Assembly: GCA_001004105.1 (NCBI GenBank)
Contig: LCQK01000003.1
Coordinates: 46,805-110,804, forward strand
DNA: 64,000 nucleotides
Source of the DNA: Candidatus Jorgensenbacteria bacterium GW2011_GWB1_50_10
GTDB taxonomy: Bacteria; Patescibacteriota; Minisyncoccia; UBA6257; GWB1-50-10
Reading direction: 5' to 3'
Shown here: positions 59,139 through 64,000 of the stretch, piece after piece
Layout: each line of letters begins with the position of its first letter
How positions within the stretch are numbered: position 1 is the stretch's first letter
Translations under genes and position numbers: made by a program
The notes under the pieces: generated by a model
Told to the model about the DNA's origin: nothing
Database searches by the model: none
Seen by the model: the letters and a program-made list of their open reading frames with translations, nothing else

Positions 59139-60158
59139 ATGGTTGATTTAGACAAATTCATTGCCAAAGTTACAGCCGATTTCAGCCCCAAACACCGCCG
59201 GGTAATTGAGGGCCGTTTTGGCCTGAAGTCCGGCAACCGGGCCACCCTGCAGAAAATAGGCGACGAGCTTCACATCACCCGCGAGCGGGTGAGGCAAATA
59301 GAAAGCCAGGCGGTGGGTAAACTTAAAACCAGGGTTGCGGCGGAGGCCGACAGCATCATTGCCGCATCACGGACATATTTAGCCGGAGCGGGTGGCATAA
59401 TGCGGGACGACAAATTCATCCGCGACCTGACCCACGTTTTGGAAACCGCCGATAAAAACACGAAATATCCGGAAGCCAAAATCAGGTTCGTTCTTTTGGT
59501 TGCCGGCGTTCCCAATTTCCAGGCCGCCGACGATTTCATGCACGGCTTTTGGTATACCGACGAAAAAGCCCGGGACGGTTTTTTGGGTTTCGTTAAAAGA
59601 GTCAAGAAGACCCTTGAAACGAGCCGCCGGGACGAAGTTTTGGAGAAAAAAGTTTATCTTGCCGAGTGTAAGGATTGCGCCACGGCTCATTTTTTGAACG
59701 TGCCGCGCATTTTTGGCGTGAATGTCTTCGGCGATTTTGGTTTGCGGGAATGGCCCGAGATTGAACCAAAAACCGTCCGCGACAAGGCCTATTTGGTTTT
59801 GAAAAAGGAGGGAAAGCCGCTGCATTTTTCCGATATCGCCAAATTCATTACCCGCGCTGGTCTTTCCAAAAGAACGGCTCACGTTCAGACCGTTCACAAC
59901 GAACTCATTAAAGACAACCGGTTCGTTTTGGTCGGCCGTGGCATTTACGCTCTCACCGAGCACGGCTTTGAGCCGGGCACTGTTCGGGAAGTAATCGGCA
60001 AGCTTTTGAAAAAGAAAGGACCGCTCTCTTCCACCGAAGTGGTGCGGCTTGTGAACCAACAGAGAATTTTGAAAGAAAACACCATCCTTTTGGGTTTGCA
60101 GAATAAGCGCCACTTCAAGCGTTTGACCGACGGACGTTATCATATAAGAGAAGCGTAA
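59139..60158 (+). CDS. DNA-binding protein with sigma-70 region-4-like HTH and C-terminal HARE-HTH-like domain
   Basis: ATLQKIGDELHITRERVRQIESQAVGKL (sigma r4 signature); C-terminal KAYLVLKKEGKPLHFSDIAKFI... Confidence 0.55.
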   Translation: MVDLDKFIAKVTADFSPKHRRVIEGRFGLKSGNRATLQKIGDELHITRERVRQIESQAVGKLKTRVAAEADSIIAASRTYLAGAGGIMRDDKFIRDLTHVLETADKNTKYPEAKIRFVLLVAGVPNFQAADDFMHGFWYTDEKARDGFLGFVKRVKKTLETSRRDEVLEKKVYLAECKDCATAHFLNVPRIFGVNVFGDFGLREWPEIEPKTVRDKAYLVLKKEGKPLHFSDIAKFITRAGLSKRTAHVQTVHNELIKDNRFVLVGRGIYALTEHGFEPGTVREVIGKLLKKKGPLSSTEVVRLVNQQRILKENTILLGLQNKRHFKRLTDGRYHIREA

Positions 60159-60164
60159 AAGCGC

Positions 60165-61556
60165 ATGCTTAAAAATCTCTTCGGCCACATCCTCGACGTT
60201 ATTGAAGAACTTTTCAAGCAGGAGGAGGTTTGGGTTTTTTTGTTTCTGATACTGCTCGGCGGGGCTTTAATTCTGTTTTTGCCCATAAAATACATCATCT
60301 GGGCGCTTTTGCCTTTTATAATTTTTGTGATTATTTTCTCACTCACCCGCTCGCTCTGGCTTTTCTGGCGGCAAGAAATGTACAAGCAAAAACATTTTAA
60401 GTGCGTGCTTTTAGAGCTCCGAATCCCGCGGCAGATTAAGAAAACGCCGGAGGCGATGGAACAGGTTTTGGCGGCGATGCATTCGCTACGGAACACGGCC
60501 AATAATCTTGGAGAAAAATATTGGGACGGTGAAATAACGCGTTGGTTCTCTCTAGAAGTTGTAAGTTTTGGCGGCGAAGTTCACTTCTATATCCGGGTTT
60601 ATGAAAAACAAAGAAACCTGCTTGAAGCCGCCCTTTTCTCTTATTATTCGGATATTGAAGTGGTGGAAGTGGAAGATTATGTTAATACATTTCCGCGGGA
60701 TTTACCCGAGGTGTACCGGCGGGATATGGACCTGTGGGGCAGCGAGATGGTCTTGAGGAAAGAAGACCTTTTCCCCATCAAAACTTACCCTTCTTTTGAA
60801 GCGGAGCTGGAAGAAAGACAGAACGACCCGATGTCCACCTTTTTGGAGGTTTTAGGCAAAGTTAAGCCCAGTGAAGTTGTCGGCATCCAAATTTTAATTG
60901 CCCCGGGTCTGGATGACTGGGATAAAAAATGGGAACCCCTTGTAAATAAATTAAAAGAACCAAAAACCAAAAAAGAGGAGAAGAAAGGCGCCGAGGGGCA
61001 AATGGAAAGTTTTGCGCGGTTTATTGCCCGGTCGCCGGTGGAAACCGACGTCTTGAAAGCCGTTGAAGAGAACCTTTCTAAGCCCGCTTTTAATACTTTA
61101 GTTCGTTTTATCTATCTCTCGCCCAAAAATATTTTTTATGACAGTTTTGCCCGCCGCGGCTTATCTGGCGCTTTCAATCAATACTCAACCCTCCATCTGA
61201 ACGGTTTTGTGCAAAATTACAAAATGAGTACGAGAACGCTTATTTGGCACTGGCCTCACCTTTTTCCCAGGTGGCGCAATGAATATAGAAAACAGCGACT
61301 CCTCTTCACATATCTCCGAAGAGAAGTGCCGCCCGAGACCTGGATGGGCCGGTTCATGACATCATATCCGTTAAACTTTAATTTTACCTCCCATCGTTTT
61401 CATCTGAACATAGAGGGAGCGGCTACTGTTTTTCATCCGCCGAGCTTAATCGTTCTTACCGAGCCGCATATCAGGCACTTGGAGAGCCGCCGCATGGGTC
61501 CGCCGTCCGGTTTGCCGATTTTCGGCGAAGACGAGGAGGTGGAAAAATACAAGTAG
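60165..61556 (+). CDS. membrane protein homologous to the N-terminal half of the fused coupling-protein (29728-32076); split form
   Basis: 2 N-terminal TM helices; LLELRIPRQIKKTPEAMEQVLAAMHSL...EVVSFGGEVHFYIRVYE aligns with LVRLPKSGKEG...EIAVPYVGEEIHFFVGVHRS. Confidence 0.65.
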   Translation: MLKNLFGHILDVIEELFKQEEVWVFLFLILLGGALILFLPIKYIIWALLPFIIFVIIFSLTRSLWLFWRQEMYKQKHFKCVLLELRIPRQIKKTPEAMEQVLAAMHSLRNTANNLGEKYWDGEITRWFSLEVVSFGGEVHFYIRVYEKQRNLLEAALFSYYSDIEVVEVEDYVNTFPRDLPEVYRRDMDLWGSEMVLRKEDLFPIKTYPSFEAELEERQNDPMSTFLEVLGKVKPSEVVGIQILIAPGLDDWDKKWEPLVNKLKEPKTKKEEKKGAEGQMESFARFIARSPVETDVLKAVEENLSKPAFNTLVRFIYLSPKNIFYDSFARRGLSGAFNQYSTLHLNGFVQNYKMSTRTLIWHWPHLFPRWRNEYRKQRLLFTYLRREVPPETWMGRFMTSYPLNFNFTSHRFHLNIEGAATVFHPPSLIVLTEPHIRHLESRRMGPPSGLPIFGEDEEVEKYK

Positions 61557-62081
61557 ATGAATTTACTGCAGTCAATCATCAATGCCGTTTCCGATTTTCC
61601 CTGGGTGCGCACTTTTTGGAGCGTCCGTTTCATTTTCATTGTTTTGAACATAATTCTCGCCGTTCTTTTCGTTTACGTTTTCATCCGGGCCCTGAAATAC
61701 CGGCCGAAGTTTTACTTCGATTCGGAAGCACTCGCCAAAAGAAAGAAAATCATAAGAGAAGGCGCGAAGTGGGGAGATAAGTGGAAATATCTTTTGGAAA
61801 AAGCCCGAGCGCATCCGCCGCAGTCGCTCTTTATGGGCGTGGTTGAAGCCGACGGTTTGGTGGATAGCGTTTTGAAAAAAATAGGCGTGCCTGGGGAACA
61901 CATGGCCGACCGCCTGGAGCGGCTTGCCGGCCGGAACTTGAAGACCATTGAGCGCCTCTGGAGAGCGCATAAAGTCCGCAATGACCTGGCTCACACGCCG
62001 GGCTTCACGCTTGATTCACACGACGCTGAGGAGATTTTGGGGGATTACGAAGCATTCCTAAAAGAAATAGGAGCGATATAG
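61557..62081 (+). CDS. hypothetical membrane-anchored protein (174 aa) between split coupling-protein halves
   Basis: ATG overlaps upstream stop (TAGATG); one TM helix. Confidence 0.5.
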   Translation: MNLLQSIINAVSDFPWVRTFWSVRFIFIVLNIILAVLFVYVFIRALKYRPKFYFDSEALAKRKKIIREGAKWGDKWKYLLEKARAHPPQSLFMGVVEADGLVDSVLKKIGVPGEHMADRLERLAGRNLKTIERLWRAHKVRNDLAHTPGFTLDSHDAEEILGDYEAFLKEIGAI

Positions 62082-62105
62082 TTTGAAAATTGAAAATTTT
62101 TTGAC

Positions 62106-63587
62106 ATGCCTAAGCCTGGAAAAATACAAATAATCCGTTATGCGCCGCCGCCGCCGGACCTGCCGGTCTACGGCCGCATTGACCCGAAAGACGTTTCTTT
62201 CATCGGCCGGACCAATTACGTGGCGGCCCTGGAAGAGAAAAAATTCATCTTCGGTATCAAGCGCCACGACCGGAGGCGGCACCTTTACGTCATCGGCAAA
62301 AGCGGTGTCGGCAAGTCCAAGGCGCTGGAGCTTTTAATCCGGCAGGATATTGCTTTCGGGCACGGCCTTTGCCTCATTGACCCGCACGGCGACGTGATTG
62401 AGGCGACTTTGGATTTTGTGCCGCAAAGCCGCGTGGAGGACGTGGTGATTATTGACCCGTCGGATTCGGAGCATCCAGTTTCTTTTAATCCTCTTCAGAA
62501 TGTTGACCCGTTTTTCAAACATCAGCTGACTCAAGGGCTGATTGAGGTGATGGAGAAGCAGTTCGGCGCAAACTGGACGCCGCGCCTGGAGCATGTTTTC
62601 CGTTTCACTTGCCTTGCTCTTTTGGATTATCCTCACGGCACGATGCGGGGGATGATTTCCATGCTCACCGACCGCAATTACCGGCAAAAAGTCATTGAAT
62701 ACATCGGCGACGATATGGTCAAGCGTTTCTGGGCCATTGAATTCGCCGACTGGTCGGAGAAATTCGACACCGACGCTATCATCCCGCTCGTGAACAAGCT
62801 CGGCCAGTTCCTTTCCGACCCGATGCTCCGGAATATCTTCGGCCAGAAAGAAAATAAGATTGATTTGGAAGAACTGATGAACAAAAAGAAAATTATTTTG
62901 ATTAACCTTTCTAAGGGCCGGCTCGGCGAGGAAAATTCCAGTTTTTTCGGCTCCATGTTCATCACCAAAATCAAACAGGCGGGCATGGCCCGGGCTAAGA
63001 TACCCGAGTCGGCGCGGCACGATTTTTATCTTTATGTTGACGAGTTTCAGAACGTTGTGACTGAAACTTTCGAAAATTTGCTGACCGAAGCGAGAAAATA
63101 CGGTCTTTGCATGACTATTGCCCATCAGTACCTAGGTCAGCTTCTGCCGAAAGTGAAAGCCGCAGTTTTGGGCAATGTCGGCAGCCTGATTGTTTTCCGG
63201 GTTGGCGGTGAGGACGCGGAGACGCTGGAGCCAGAAATGGCGCCACTTTTCAAAAACAAAGACATGATTAACCTCGGCATGCAGGAGTTTTACATCAAAA
63301 TGATAATCGACGGCGAGTCCTACGACCCGTTCTCGGCGGAAACCTTGAAAATATTGCCCTCACCCCACGGTTCGCTCAAAAAGGAAATCATCGAGGCCTC
63401 GCGCCGGAAATATTCCATTCCCGCCGATGCCGCCAAAAAACTCATTGAAGAAGAAGAGTCAACGATTATCAGGAGCGCCCAGGAAAAAGCCATTATTACC
63501 GGCGGCAAGGATAAAAAAGACCTGCCTGCCGGCAGGCAGGAAAGTGAAGAAAGCGACGCCGCCAAAATGGAAGAGCCACTCATATAG
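62106..63587 (+). CDS. VirD4/TraG-like coupling-protein ATPase domain protein (split form C-terminal half)
   Basis: Walker A GKSGVGKSK, Walker B FYLYVDEFQNV, IAHQYLGQL, VGSLIVFRVG; C-terminal tail with palindrome-encoded DLPAGRQE. Confidence 0.8.
   Translation: MPKPGKIQIIRYAPPPPDLPVYGRIDPKDVSFIGRTNYVAALEEKKFIFGIKRHDRRRHLYVIGKSGVGKSKALELLIRQDIAFGHGLCLIDPHGDVIEATLDFVPQSRVEDVVIIDPSDSEHPVSFNPLQNVDPFFKHQLTQGLIEVMEKQFGANWTPRLEHVFRFTCLALLDYPHGTMRGMISMLTDRNYRQKVIEYIGDDMVKRFWAIEFADWSEKFDTDAIIPLVNKLGQFLSDPMLRNIFGQKENKIDLEELMNKKKIILINLSKGRLGEENSSFFGSMFITKIKQAGMARAKIPESARHDFYLYVDEFQNVVTETFENLLTEARKYGLCMTIAHQYLGQLLPKVKAAVLGNVGSLIVFRVGGEDAETLEPEMAPLFKNKDMINLGMQEFYIKMIIDGESYDPFSAETLKILPSPHGSLKKEIIEASRRKYSIPADAAKKLIEEEESTIIRSAQEKAIITGGKDKKDLPAGRQESEESDAAKMEEPLI
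63521..63540. repeat. 20-bp perfect palindrome CCTGCCTGCCGGCAGGCAGG (copy, in-frame in C-terminal tail of coupling-protein ATPase)
   Basis: Exact repeat; encodes LPAGRQ. Confidence 0.9.
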
Positions 63588-63630
63588 GGCTATAATAATT
63601 GAATAAAGGTCGCACAATTTAAGCCGTAAA

Positions 63631-63936
63631 ATGGTTTTAATTTACACTACCTGCAAAGACGTGGAACAGGCGAAAAAGCTGGGGCAAACGCTCGTGGAAA
63701 AGAAACTCGCCGCCTGCGTCAATGTTTGGCCCTTGAATACCATGTACTTCTGGGAGGGGAAGCTTACTGATGACACCGAGGCGGCACTTCTCATAAAGAC
63801 GAACGAGCCGAAGATTGCCGAGGTTGAGAGTTTCATTTTGAAGAATCACTCTTATTCCACCCCTTTTGTCGGGTCGGTTCTTGTTCACCGTTTGAATCGC
63901 GAATACAAAGAATGGATGGGAACGGTGCTGGCTTAA
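63631..63936 (+). CDS. cutA: divalent-cation tolerance protein CutA
   Basis: CutA1 pattern ...AACVNV.P..S.Y.WEGK...E..L..KT... Confidence 0.8.
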   Translation: MVLIYTTCKDVEQAKKLGQTLVEKKLAACVNVWPLNTMYFWEGKLTDDTEAALLIKTNEPKIAEVESFILKNHSYSTPFVGSVLVHRLNREYKEWMGTVLA

Positions 63937-64000
63937 GAAGCTGTCAAAACTGTAAGCAAGAATTCCGAATTGAGCCGGAAGATTTCGATTTTTATGAAAA
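63934..64000 (+). CDS. 5' fragment of a second cysteine-rich repeat protein (paralog of 53504-55267), continues beyond window
   Basis: Reads (R)SCQNCKQEFRIEPEDFDFYEK, matching N-terminus CQNCKQQFTIEPDDFAFYKK. Confidence 0.45.

Overview
The window looks like a small-genome, Patescibacteria (CPR)-like bacterium. The gene content supports this: short rpoB, pilins fused to LamG domains, a T4SS-coupling-protein-like ATPase in fused and split forms, and a 16S rRNA with an atypical 3' end. It is densely coding, mostly on the + strand.

Genes, in order along the window:
- 1-11.4 kb: a glycolysis/pentose-phosphate cluster (gap, rpiB, rpe, pyrG, split transketolase, PfkB-family kinase, class II aldolase) with a pilin-LamG gene and a 422-aa unknown embedded in it.
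- 12.0-14.5 kb: a complete diversity-generating retroelement (DGR), described below.
- 14.5-17.9 kb: an RF1-like release factor lacking domain 1, a coiled-coil lytic transglycosylase, rplY and rpmE.
- 17.9-20.4 kb: an rRNA promoter, a 16S rRNA gene with no 23S gene after it, and a CheY-like response regulator.
- 20.4-27.7 kb: a type IV pilus locus with two tandem pilin genes (both frameshifted), a membrane protein, pilB, pilC and two LamG-containing pseudopilins.
- 27.8-37.7 kb: a glycosylation cluster (GT39/PMT-like, GtrA, GT2, GalT), a fused VirD4/TraG-like ATPase, tpiA, a SEDS-family protein and MltG.
- 37.8-46.2 kb: rpoB, rpoC, rpsF, ssb, rpsR and a PAP2 phosphatase.
- 46.2-52.8 kb: uvrB, a second DGR-type target paralog, uvrA and uvrC.
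- 52.9-64.0 kb: a PaaX-like gene flanked by covarying hairpins, a very cysteine-rich 587-aa protein (a paralog starts at the window end), an FAD oxidase, secD, secF, a sigma-region-4/HARE-HTH protein, a split T4SS-coupling-like system and cutA.

Most notable:
- The DGR: a target gene whose C-terminal variable repeat (VR) differs from a downstream template repeat (TR) at 14 positions, all of them TR adenines, plus an Avd-like four-helix-bundle gene and a reverse transcriptase with the DGR motif-4 LGNLTSQ.
- A second, diverged DGR-type target lies between uvrB and uvrA.
- An 18-20 bp perfect palindrome, CCTGCCTGCCGGCAGGCAGG, is present in 5 perfect and 3 degenerate copies; most copies sit in-frame inside genes and encode LPAGRQ-like inserts.
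- The release-factor gene carries a palindrome-associated replacement of its 3' end.
- The tandem pilin genes have byte-identical 5' ends and different frameshifts at the same site.
- The 16S 3' end lacks the CCUCC anti-Shine-Dalgarno sequence, and many genes have a TATAAT -10 box only 6-10 nt upstream of the start codon, suggesting leaderless translation.
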